Origin: an uncultured Candidatus Saccharibacteria bacterium
GTDB lineage: Bacteria > Patescibacteriota > Minisyncoccia > Phycocordibacterales > UBA9973
Reading direction: 5' to 3'
DNA: 64,000 nucleotides
NCBI GenBank assembly: GCA_964527235.1
Contig: CAZGNC010000001.1
Span: forward strand, 83,220 to 147,219
Within the stretch, counting starts at the first letter, position 1, and the number at the start of each line of letters is the position of its first letter. The notes beneath the pieces were generated by a model that did not search any database, had not been told where the DNA came from, and saw only the letters and a program-made list of their open reading frames with translations. Positions 9,692 to 17,747 of the stretch are shown here, piece after piece. Both the position numbers and the translations under genes were made by a program.

Positions 9692-10210
9692 TTACCGCCA
9701 GGTGCGAATCATCACACCTGTGTGCAGACCAAGTGCCTGCTCTCCGTGGTTATTTCTTGTCCAGGCGAGGCCTGGGGCAAGGATGATGCCGAGCTTCTTG
9801 ACGTGCAATGTGTATGCTGGGCCAAGAATCAGGCCCATCTCGCGTTCTCGCTCATCGCGACAATTGTTTGCCTCTATGAGGGCACCTGCTGTGGCGCCCC
9901 ATGGACCACGAATCTCACGATGAATTGAGGCGACCAGAGCGCTCGAGCGTTCAGTGCAGTGATCCCGGGCATTTGCCCAGAATCCTCCCTCTACTTCGAT
10001 GTCGGTCCGATGGTCGATTCGTACGATGCCGATGACGGTCGGTTTGGTGCTCGATCTGCCGTTTGAACGCAGGTCGGACACTCCCGCGCCGAAGTTCAGG
10101 CGCGGGGACGGATTGTGTACGGTCTGGTGCGAGCTGTCTGCGGGTGAGTGTTGCGCATGAGAATTAGTAGCCCATGCGAGAATCGCAAGAAAAGAAATAA
10201 TTATACGCAC
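9692..10210 (-). CDS. Secreted small beta-barrel-like protein
   Basis: GTG start after GGAG; signal peptide ending SHA; about 8 amphipathic beta strands ending GLHTGVMIRTWR; GC-rich. Confidence 0.6.
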   Translation of the reverse strand: MRIIISFLAILAWATNSHAQHSPADSSHQTVHNPSPRLNFGAGVSDLRSNGRSSTKPTVIGIVRIDHRTDIEVEGGFWANARDHCTERSSALVASIHREIRGPWGATAGALIEANNCRDEREREMGLILGPAYTLHVKKLGIILAPGLAWTRNNHGEQALGLHTGVMIRTWR

Positions 10211-10389
10211 GAGATTCTCCGCCCGGACGGTAATGTAATGTACAAAAATCGTCGGGATTTCCGGCGATCAATATATTTTTATCACAAACTTGCGCACTTG
10301 TCGATTTTAAAAATTTCTAGTTTATGTATTTGACTTTATTTTTATAAATGTTAGAGTTTTTATTCCTCTAGATATAAGGAGGTGATTGC

Positions 10390-10452
10390 ATGTTCAGTTT
10401 CGCCGATTTCGTGAACGCCGTCTTCGAAGGGTGGAAGCCGCTGAAGAAGTAG
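10390..10452 (+). CDS. 20-aa small peptide MFSFADFVNAVFEGWKPLKK (not in the ORF track)
   Basis: TTGACT/TG-TAGAGT promoter at 10330-10357; TAAGGAGGTGAT SD at 10375-10386; downstream hairpins and terminator. Confidence 0.65.
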   Translation: MFSFADFVNAVFEGWKPLKK

Positions 10453-10529
10453 CGTCACCGTCGAGCCTCTCGGCACACAGTGTGCCGAGAGGCCAGCAAT
10501 CAAGAGCTTGTTAAGCTCTGCAGTATTTA

Positions 10530-10570
10530 AGGACCCTGCTCGCCACCGCGCGACAGGGTCCTGCTTTTTT
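10530..10570 (+). terminator. Intrinsic terminator
   Basis: AGGACCCTG...CAGGGTCCT stem followed by TTTTTT. Confidence 0.75.
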
Positions 10571-10617
10571 GTCTTAATGTGCAGGAATCTCAGTACAAAT
10601 TTTTTCTTATTTTTCTT

Positions 10618-10743
10618 CAGGACTCGGTCACGAGTTACTAAGTATTTTATTTCATTACATTTATAAAATACAAAGTACTCGCGACCCCGCCTCGACCACG
10701 ACCTTCGGTCGGCTTCGCGGTCTCCGGCTTTCTCGTCCTGTAC
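10618..10743. repeat. Structured tRNA-associated element bounded by copies of the tRNA-Ala T-arm
   Basis: CAGGACTCG at 10618 (direct copy) and GTCCTGTAC ending 10743 (inverted copy) of the tRNA-Ala T-stem; internal hairpins GGTCACGAGT/ACTCGCGACC, GTATTTTAT/ATAAAATAC, CGACC-TTCG-GTCG. Confidence 0.6.
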
Positions 10744-10797
10744 AATCTCGCAAAATGTAAAACCCCATTGCTTTCGCAATAGGGCTATAACATTTTG

Positions 10798-10870
10798 TGG
10801 ACCGTACAGGACTCGAACCTGCCACCCCCTCATTGCAAATGAGGTGCTCTACCAGATGAGCTAACGGCCC
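10798..10870 (-). tRNA. tRNA-Ala(TGC)
   Basis: GGGCCGTTAGCTCATCTGGTAGAGCACCTCATTTGCAATGAGGGGGTGGCAGGTTCGAGTCCTGTACGGTCCA; G3:U70 pair; CCA not encoded. Confidence 0.97.
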
Positions 10871-10985
10871 AGTAAAAGGTATTCTAAACCATTTTATTAA
10901 TAATGCAAATCAATAGCCGGTCTTGTTGTTGTTTTTTCTCTGTTTTCTGTTAGTATAATAAAAGTTCTCTAGAGAATTATTGTAT

Positions 10986-11057
10986 TCCGGGGTAGCTCAG
11001 CGGTAGAGCGGTCGCCTGTTAAGCGATTGGTCGTAGGTTCGATCCCTACCCCCGGAG
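10986..11057 (+). tRNA. tRNA-Asn(GTT)
   Basis: TCCGGGGTAGCTCAGCGGTAGAGCGGTCGCCTGTTAAGCGATTGGTCGTAGGTTCGATCCCTACCCCCGGAG cloverleaf; CCA not encoded. Confidence 0.97.
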
Positions 11058-11084
11058 CTCGTTTTTTGGGATAATCTAAATTAT

Positions 11085-11519
11085 ATGAAGCCATGTGCGT
11101 ACTGTACTAAACCAGAAGCGAAGGAAAGAACTATTATAAAAAATGATTTAGCTTTTGCTTTTCCAACTTATATTCCGATAACTCCAGGGCATACTTTGAT
11201 TTGTCCTATTCGTTGTGTGGCAAAATTTAGCGAATTGTCCAAAGAAGAATTATCAGCAATCTTTGAGCTACAAAATAAACTTAATATCGCACTATCCAAA
11301 GCGTTCGGGGCAGAGGGTTTTAACTATGCTTGGAACGAAGGAGAAATAGGTGGTCAAGATGTGCCACATTTTCATTTACATATGGTGCCAAGAAAGTCAG
11401 GAGATGCTGGTATATATGGGTATGATCCTAGGAAATTTCTTTATCGACCTGGCTCTCGCGAGAAAACCCCTGAAGATGAATTAAAGCACGTTGTTTCTTT
11501 TATCCAGAGTTTTCTTTAA
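11085..11519 (+). CDS. HIT family hydrolase
   Basis: CxxC at N-terminus, PITPGHTL, GQDVPHFHLHMVPR histidine triad. Confidence 0.93.
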   Translation: MKPCAYCTKPEAKERTIIKNDLAFAFPTYIPITPGHTLICPIRCVAKFSELSKEELSAIFELQNKLNIALSKAFGAEGFNYAWNEGEIGGQDVPHFHLHMVPRKSGDAGIYGYDPRKFLYRPGSREKTPEDELKHVVSFIQSFL

Positions 11520-11524
11520 TTCAG

Positions 11525-11549
11525 AAATTGCTAAGATAATTTTGCGAGT
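11525..11549 (+). repeat. Direct repeat, copy 1 (22/25 identical to 14316-14340)
   Basis: AAATTGCTAAGATAATTT-tgc-GAGT versus AAATTGCTAAGATAATTT-cct-GAGT. Confidence 0.8.
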
Positions 11550-11735
11550 TGGTGCCCAGCCCGAGTTTTGCGACGGCAAAGTGAGAGGCGCGGGAGATAT
11601 CCCTACCCTTGATGCAGACTTGACGAAAATTTTTTAATGTGCAAAATAAAAATTGGTTATCACTCTATTTGCGTTGGTTTTTATACGCAGATAGGTTCCT
11701 TATAAAACAACGCAGACAACGCGGAGATGGAACAA

Positions 11736-12152
11736 ATGGACTCACTGCATCTGGCTGGGAACTTGGGTTGGCAAATACTTCTGGCGGTCATTACGCCGGT
11801 TGTGGTTTCTGTCTTCGTGATTGTGAAAGTATTTATGCCCAACGTGAACCGTGAGGAAGAGAGGGCTGTGTCAGTATCCCTGGCACAGCGCGTGGCGTCT
11901 TCTAGCCACGGCGTCAGGAAAGTCGAGCCCAACAAAGGTGCAACTCGTCTCCATTTGTTTCCTCGTGACGGAAAGATGGAGGATTGCGTCCTCTGGTTCT
12001 TCTCCGGTCACCCTGATTTCAAGGAGGTGTCTCGAATTCCTGAGGACATCATGTTCACAGTGGAATTTGTGTTCACCGAGGTCCCCGTCAAAGGGCAAGC
12101 TCAGGAAGCTACGGGGTATCTTCGGTTAAAGAAGATGCCTCTGGTGTTGTAG
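11736..12152 (+). CDS. Hypothetical single-pass membrane protein (GC-elevated, SD-led cassette)
   Basis: GGAG 9 nt before ATG 11736; N-terminal TM; own terminator at 12161-12202. Confidence 0.65.
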   Translation: MDSLHLAGNLGWQILLAVITPVVVSVFVIVKVFMPNVNREEERAVSVSLAQRVASSSHGVRKVEPNKGATRLHLFPRDGKMEDCVLWFFSGHPDFKEVSRIPEDIMFTVEFVFTEVPVKGQAQEATGYLRLKKMPLVL

Positions 12153-12160
12153 TTTGGTAT

Positions 12161-12202
12161 TCGCCCGACAGGTCGCCCGACCTCTCGGGCGATTCTGTTT
12201 TT
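12161..12202 (+). terminator. Intrinsic terminator
   Basis: TCGCCCGA-C-AGGTCG-CC-CGACCT-C-TCGGGCGA followed by TTCTGTTTTT. Confidence 0.75.
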
Positions 12203-12428
12203 GTATACAATTTTATTTTAATATAGCCATTCGAACATCCTCCCAAGTTTGGAGCATGTGAAAATCTTAAATCCACGCAAGTGGGCTTTTGATTTTTTAG
12301 ACGAGGGGAGAAAGCCAACCATTTGGCTTTCTTGTAGGGATCGAGAAGTTCACTCATGTTTTTTTTCACAAGAAGTTAATTGAATAAAATTAACATTCCT
12401 CTAAAAATTGATAAAATAGGGCTATTGT

Positions 12429-13013
12429 ATGAATAACGATGATATAAAACTAGTTGCACTGGCTAAGGAAAACCCGAAGGAATATGAGAAACTATACACT
12501 AAATATTCTGATAAGGTTTTCAACTATTTCTGGTATCGCACTGGACATGACAAGATGCTATCAGAAGATCTTATGCAAGAAACATTTTTGCGAGGGTTTC
12601 AGTATTTAGGCCGATTTAATAATCGAGGATACTCATACCTGACATATTTGATAACCATTGCTCACAATGTACTAGTTGACCACTATCGCAAGCCACAATC
12701 AGTGCCTTTTGAAGCTATTGATGATATCCCATACGAGGTTACAGAAGATATTGAAAATAAATCAGATGCCGAAGCGCTTTGGCGAGCCATCCAAGATTTG
12801 CCATCCCCAAATAGGGACAAGCTCCTCATGTATTATCAGCAGGATATGTCAATTAAGGATATTGCCACTGCTACCAACACTACGGAAAATGCGGTAAAGC
12901 TTTCGCTTTCTCGAACCAGGAAGAAACTCAAAGATCATCCGTACATCAAGGATATTCGTGGATTTGCAGATAAGAAACGCGAGCAGACCCACGCACAGTT
13001 TTTGGATAAGTAG
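12429..13013 (+). CDS. ECF-type RNA polymerase sigma factor
   Basis: EDLMQETFLR, YLITIAHNVLVDHYRK (region 2); MSIKDIA...ENAVKLSLSRTRKKL (region 4). Confidence 0.92.
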   Translation: MNNDDIKLVALAKENPKEYEKLYTKYSDKVFNYFWYRTGHDKMLSEDLMQETFLRGFQYLGRFNNRGYSYLTYLITIAHNVLVDHYRKPQSVPFEAIDDIPYEVTEDIENKSDAEALWRAIQDLPSPNRDKLLMYYQQDMSIKDIATATNTTENAVKLSLSRTRKKLKDHPYIKDIRGFADKKREQTHAQFLDK

Positions 13014-13309
13014 ACACCTTTTTTGGTTAAATACGTTTAATATTTTGACAGTGAGGTGGTCACTCACTGTGGTATAGAAAAAATCAATGATACTTAAGTC
13101 AAATAATGTGAATTCAAAACAAAAAGTGGCTCAAGGGATTCATTCTTTAAATTTCTGATGCCACATACCTCCACACAACTAAATAGTGCCAGTATAAAAG
13201 ATTGCATAAGCAAGCAAGAGAAGGCATATAGCTTTCTGGTGTACCACCAATCCCCCTTGTGATAGATCGACGTCAAGGGCATTAATAGAATCTAATCTTC
13301 AACATACCT

Positions 13310-13807
13310 ATGAATACAGCAATTAAAAAAGTAGACAATAATTCTCTTCAAAGACGAGATGAGTTTTTGGGTCCGTTCTCTTTAGTTGATAGATTCTTTG
13401 ATGATGCGCTCGATTCGTTCTCTATGATGTCGCCAAACCTGTTCCGTCATAGGACGCTAGGTAACGTCAGCACGCTGTTCCCCAAGGTAGATGTTGAGGA
13501 AACAGAGAATGAGATAAAGGTGACAGCCAATATTCCAGGAATCGACGCGGAAAATATAAATGTCGAGGTTGGAGATGATTATCTGTCGCTTTCCGGAAAA
13601 ATTGAGAAAGAGGATAAGTCTAGAGACAGGCAAGGCAAAGTGTATCGCTATGAACGTGAGTTCGGTGAGTTCCGCAGAGAGTTTGCACTCCCTGCGAGAG
13701 TAGATAAGGATGGAATAATTGCCAGGTCTAAAAATGGTGTACTCTCCATCATATTGCCCAAGTCTGAAGAAGAGAAGAAGAAAAAGGTTAAGGTAGAAGT
13801 TGAGTAA
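13310..13807 (+). CDS. Hsp20/alpha-crystallin small heat-shock protein
   Basis: PKVDVEET, IPGI, YEREFGEFRREFALP, NGVLSIILPK. Confidence 0.95.
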   Translation: MNTAIKKVDNNSLQRRDEFLGPFSLVDRFFDDALDSFSMMSPNLFRHRTLGNVSTLFPKVDVEETENEIKVTANIPGIDAENINVEVGDDYLSLSGKIEKEDKSRDRQGKVYRYEREFGEFRREFALPARVDKDGIIARSKNGVLSIILPKSEEEKKKKVKVEVE

Positions 13808-13821
13808 GTGAAAGAAATATT

Positions 13822-13855
13822 AAACAAAAACCCGCTTATGAGCGGGTTTTTGTTT
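13822..13855 (+). terminator. Intrinsic terminator after hsp20
   Basis: AAAAACCCGCT-TATG-AGCGGGTTTTT. Confidence 0.8.
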
Positions 13856-13928
13856 TGGTTTTTACCGAAGTAAATTTACTATCTATGTTTAGCTCGAAAA
13901 TTTAGATAACTTCTGGTATTATTTACTT

Positions 13929-14309
13929 ATGAAAACAAATAGTAACAAATACGTAGATGGGTTTGTGATACCAATAAAAAAGAAGGATGTAGAAGCTTAT
14001 AAAAAGATGGCGATAGCGGGTGCAAAGATGTGGAAAAAATACGGTGCCTTGGAGTATTTTGAATGCATAGCAGATGACATAGAAGTTAAAAAAGATATGC
14101 CACAAAAAGGCTTCGGCAAACTCGCAGGTCTTAAGCCCGATGAGACTGTTGTGTTTTCTTGGATAGTTTATAAATCCAAAGCTCATAGAGACCAAGTAAA
14201 TAAGAAAGTAATGAGTGACCCAAGCATGAATGATTTCGATCCTGCCACCATGCCAATCAACATGAAGCGTTTCGCTTCTGGAGGCTTTAAGCCGATAGTT
14301 GAATTCTAA
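13929..14309 (+). CDS. DUF1428 (YbaA-like) protein
   Basis: YVDGFVIP...GALEYFEC...ETVVFSWI...GGFK. Confidence 0.9.
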   Translation: MKTNSNKYVDGFVIPIKKKDVEAYKKMAIAGAKMWKKYGALEYFECIADDIEVKKDMPQKGFGKLAGLKPDETVVFSWIVYKSKAHRDQVNKKVMSDPSMNDFDPATMPINMKRFASGGFKPIVEF

Positions 14310-14315
14310 ATATTT

Positions 14316-14347
14316 AAATTGCTAAGATAATTTCCTGAGTATATAAT
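14316..14347 (+). promoter_or_regulatory. Sigma70-type promoter; also direct repeat copy 2
   Basis: TTGCTA (14319)-17 nt-TATAAT (14342). Confidence 0.7.
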
Positions 14348-14384
14348 TAAACAATTATATATAAGGTTTATTTTCTACAAGTAC

Positions 14385-15176
14385 ATGAAATCACTTTTTA
14401 AGAACCCTGTAACTATTTTTGCATCAACATACTTCCTCGTGGTTTTGGTTTGGGATCTAGTATTATTCATCGGCGCAGATAAAACCACATTCCTGCATTA
14501 CTGGTTTAATGCAGGTTATGGATTGATATATCTCGTTGCAGGCATTCTAGGAGTTGTGTATGCAAAGCGTATAGGACTAAGTAGTGTGTTTGGCAAGGCC
14601 TTTGCATTTATCGGAGCTAGTTTGGTGTCTTACGGGGTGGCTCAGTTTATTTGGTTCTTCTACAATTTCTTTCTGAACGTAGAGACACCATTTCCTTCTG
14701 TCGCTGATGTGTTTTTCCTCCTATTCTTTGTTTTGATATCAACTGGTTTCCTTTTCCTGTTGAACAATTTCAAGCAGTCGATTACAAAAGAGACCATAGC
14801 GCAATTCGCCTTAATGATCCCAGTTGTTTTTATTATCGCACTTTCGACTATTTTCAGACCCGATTTTTCCTCAGATTTAACATTTTGGCAAAATACTCTA
14901 AACATTATTTATCCAGTTAGTGACACTATACTTCTATGCATCATACTAATAATGCTCACTATCTCTGGTGGATACTTTAGAAGTACAGTAATATTCTTTG
15001 CTGTGGCGGGGATGGCGCAATTGATCGCTGATTTTATATTTACCCTAGATACAGCAAATGGTTCGTATTGGAATGGTGGGCTGGCGGACTTAGTTTTCAC
15101 TGTGGCCTCGTACTTATTCTTGCTAAGTCTTGTGTATTTTATGCAGAAGATGATTCAAGAACCCGCACAAGCTTAA
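14385..15176 (+). CDS. Polytopic membrane protein resembling a sensor N-terminal domain, with no output domain
   Basis: About 8 TM helices; PFPSVADVFF and YPVSD motifs typical of kinase/cyclase-associated membrane sensor domains. Confidence 0.65.
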   Translation: MKSLFKNPVTIFASTYFLVVLVWDLVLFIGADKTTFLHYWFNAGYGLIYLVAGILGVVYAKRIGLSSVFGKAFAFIGASLVSYGVAQFIWFFYNFFLNVETPFPSVADVFFLLFFVLISTGFLFLLNNFKQSITKETIAQFALMIPVVFIIALSTIFRPDFSSDLTFWQNTLNIIYPVSDTILLCIILIMLTISGGYFRSTVIFFAVAGMAQLIADFIFTLDTANGSYWNGGLADLVFTVASYLFLLSLVYFMQKMIQEPAQA

Positions 15177-15208
15177 TGCTGTGCTTTCTCATCTAAATCA
15201 AAAAATAT

Positions 15209-16048
15209 ATGAAAAAAGAAATTAAATTATTGATATTAGTTTTTGTTATGTTAGGTCTTTGGACCAATGTTGCCTCTGCTCATCAGCCTCAAATAGTGAA
15301 AGGTGAGAATACTATAGTTGCTGATCCTGAAATATCGAAGGCGTATTATGGGCAGTTGAAAGGCGAGCCAGATGTTTTCTTTATCAGTGCTACCGAACCC
15401 TTTGATTTATACGTTAATGTTTTAGTCCCAGACATAGAAGGTCAGAAGAAAGACGTCTCTGCGGTGGTTCTCCAAAATGGCAAGCAGTTGGTGGTGCTTG
15501 ATGGCATGAACTATGAGTGGAAGGAATTCTTTGAACCTTTCGGTCGTGATAGCTACTTCATGGGTCCTGAATATAAATCTAAAGCTCCAAGGGGTGAATA
15601 TGAGATTCGCGTTTGGAGTTCACACAATGATAGTAAGTACGCACTTGCAATTGGCGAGATAGAAAAGTTCGGTCGCAAAGAAGGAATAGATTCGCTCAAA
15701 ACAGTATTGTCTCTAAAGAGTGATTTCTTTGGTAAATCTCGTGCAGGTCTCATCTTCTCATCTATCGGTTACGGGATGATAATAGCTCTCTATCTACTTG
15801 CTCTGCTAGTATTTTTTATTGCGAAGATTATTACCAAGAAATTCTCACATACTGTACCTAATAAAGCCAATAAAAATGTAGGCAAGAAAGATCGCCTAGT
15901 TCGCTTGGTTCTCGGGCTTGCCATCTTGTTCTTTGCTATCACTACTTCGTGGAATCCATTGATTATTTTCATCTCAGGGTTAGTGTTGTGCACCGCACTG
16001 TTCTCTTGGTGTGGGCTTTACTCACTGATGGGAAAGAATACTTGCTAG
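15209..16048 (+). CDS. Secreted/membrane protein with C-terminal DUF2892 (YgaP-like) domain
   Basis: Signal peptide ending ASA-H; C-terminal NVGKKDRLVR...WCGLYSLMGKNTC. Confidence 0.75.
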   Translation: MKKEIKLLILVFVMLGLWTNVASAHQPQIVKGENTIVADPEISKAYYGQLKGEPDVFFISATEPFDLYVNVLVPDIEGQKKDVSAVVLQNGKQLVVLDGMNYEWKEFFEPFGRDSYFMGPEYKSKAPRGEYEIRVWSSHNDSKYALAIGEIEKFGRKEGIDSLKTVLSLKSDFFGKSRAGLIFSSIGYGMIIALYLLALLVFFIAKIITKKFSHTVPNKANKNVGKKDRLVRLVLGLAILFFAITTSWNPLIIFISGLVLCTALFSWCGLYSLMGKNTC

Positions 16049-16110
16049 TGGAGTATGCAATAGAAGGTCTGTGATATAATTATTTATTATAAGTATAAAT
16101 TTTATATTCT

Positions 16111-16482
16111 ATGGACACTACTCTTTTAGTCGCGAAAATATTAGGTATATATTTAGTGATTAGTGGTTTGTTTCTTTTAATAAGAGGGAAGAGCATTCCG
16201 CATCTTCTTAAAGATTTCTTTAATCATCCAGCTATAGTGTATCTAACTGGGGTTATTTTGGTTTTCCTTTCGTCGCTTTATTTACTACAGTACAACATCT
16301 GGGACGGCACTTGGAAGACAAGCGTTACTATGTTCGTATGGTTAGTATTACTTAAGGGGATTACCTACATATTTGCTCCTGAGTCGCTCTCTGACATGGC
16401 GGTGAAGAAGTCCCGTAAGCTTTTCGGAGTTTATGGTATCTTGGCTATTGCTGTCGGGTTCTACTTATTTTTCCTGATTTAA
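16111..16482 (+). CDS. Hypothetical 4-TM membrane protein
   Basis: Four hydrophobic helices; native codon style. Confidence 0.7.
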   Translation: MDTTLLVAKILGIYLVISGLFLLIRGKSIPHLLKDFFNHPAIVYLTGVILVFLSSLYLLQYNIWDGTWKTSVTMFVWLVLLKGITYIFAPESLSDMAVKKSRKLFGVYGILAIAVGFYLFFLI

Positions 16483-16555
16483 GAATTAAATAAATTTTAA
16501 AAAGCATGCTATGATAGGGAAGTTAGTTTATTAGTATTAAAAATATACAAACAAT

Positions 16556-16675
16556 ATGGCAAAAAGAAGCACAACACTAAGTCCTAAGAAAAAGTCTCGC
16601 CGATCTCACAAGACCAAGAAGCGTCTCGAAGTAAAGCGACAGATGCTAGCTAAGAAAGCAGGGAAGAGAAAATAA
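16556..16675 (+). CDS. 39-aa Lys/Arg-rich protein (not in the ORF track)
   Basis: MAKRSTTLSPKKKSRRSHKTKKRLEVKRQMLAKKAGKRK*; TATGAT -10 upstream; terminator downstream. Confidence 0.7.
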   Translation: MAKRSTTLSPKKKSRRSHKTKKRLEVKRQMLAKKAGKRK

Positions 16676-16700
16676 ATAATAGTTCTGCCTAAAAAGTGCG

Positions 16701-16734
16701 AACCCCCGACCGTGTGCAACGGTGCGGGGGTTTT
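16701..16734. terminator. Probable bidirectional terminator
   Basis: AACCCCCG-ACCGT...ACGGT-G-CGGGGGTT between two convergent small ORFs. Confidence 0.7.
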
Positions 16735-16753
16735 GGGCGCCTGGGGGTGTTTT

Positions 16754-16864
16754 CTAGAACATCCCCAGGGCGCGATCGATGCTGTCGGTGCCGATGGCGT
16801 CGAGCACGGCGCCGGCGGCGAGGGTTGCGGTAAAGATGAGGAAGTCGGCAATCTTACGACGCAT
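16754..16864 (-). CDS. 36-aa hydrophobic peptide (GC-rich, SD-led cassette)
   Basis: MRRKIADFLIFTATLAAGAVLDAIGTDSIDRALGMF*; GGAG SD; TTGACT-18-TATAAT promoter with extended TG at about 16922-16951. Confidence 0.65.
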   Translation of the reverse strand: MRRKIADFLIFTATLAAGAVLDAIGTDSIDRALGMF

Positions 16865-17035
16865 GGCGGGTCTCCGGGTTGTGCCTAGCAAAGCTAGGCG
16901 GTGATTTGTGCAACTGAGTACATTATAGCACGTTTTATGCTCAAAAGTCAATAGGCAAAACACCTTATATTGACTGTGTTTTGTAGTGTTTTTAGGCGAT
17001 TTAACATAAAGCCATATTTGTGATACAATGTAGGT

Positions 17036-17719
17036 ATGGAAACAAAAGATAAACTAAAGGAATATGGCGTTTTTTGGGTAGCTTTGGCATTACTAGTATT
17101 TGCATTAATATTTTTCGTGTCAGCTAGAGGATTCTCTGCGCAAGGAAAATTCGTAGAAGTTAAAGGTCTTTCAGAGAGAATCGTTAAAGCTGATGTGGCT
17201 ATCTGGTCTATCAACTTTGAAGTTAAGTCTAACAACATTGATACTCTTTCTCTCGATATCGAAAAGAATATTTCCGGAATAAAATCTTTCCTAACAGAGA
17301 AAGGATTTGAAGCTTCTGAGATAAATATCGCTCCAGTAAATATTTATCAGGATACTTATCGTGATGCACTATTCCGATACAATGCGAACGTGCAAATGTC
17401 TGTATATACCAAGAAAGTTGACCTAGTGAAGTCTGCTTCAGGAGAGACTCTGTCTTTGGTTAAAAAGGGCGTAACTATGAATCAAAACATGGTAACCTTC
17501 GAATTCTCTGACCTAAATAGCATCAAGCCCGAAATGTTACAAGAAGCTATCAAGAATGCGAGAGTTTCAGCTACACAGTTTGCCAAGGATTCTGGTTCAG
17601 CCCTAGGTGGCGTGTCTCGCGCGAATCAGGGAGTTTTCGATATTACTGAGAAAGACCCAGGTTCTCCTGAGTACAAGAAAATCCGCGTAGTTTCAAGTTT
17701 GAGATTCTTATTAAAGTAG
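17036..17719 (+). CDS. SIMPL domain (DUF541) protein
   Basis: VKGLSERIVKAD...AIKNARVSATQFAKDSG...ANQGVF...KKIRVVS. Confidence 0.9.
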   Translation: METKDKLKEYGVFWVALALLVFALIFFVSARGFSAQGKFVEVKGLSERIVKADVAIWSINFEVKSNNIDTLSLDIEKNISGIKSFLTEKGFEASEINIAPVNIYQDTYRDALFRYNANVQMSVYTKKVDLVKSASGETLSLVKKGVTMNQNMVTFEFSDLNSIKPEMLQEAIKNARVSATQFAKDSGSALGGVSRANQGVFDITEKDPGSPEYKKIRVVSSLRFLLK

Positions 17720-17747
17720 CTAAATAATCAACGTTCTATCTTAGTCT

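Noticed and set aside
10360-10833. 157-aa minus-strand ORF
   Set aside because: Starts inside tRNA-Ala and crosses hairpin elements; not protein-like
13020-13309. CIRCE or RNA thermometer upstream of hsp20
   Set aside because: Only partial inverted repeats (ACAGTGAG/CTCACTGT, CCCTTG/CAAGGG); no TTAGCACTC-N9-GAGTGCTAA match
9616-16734. Bulged GC hairpins after cassette genes as integron attC sites
   Set aside because: No consistent RYYYAAC/GTTRRRY ends and no integron integrase; T tails fit intrinsic terminators
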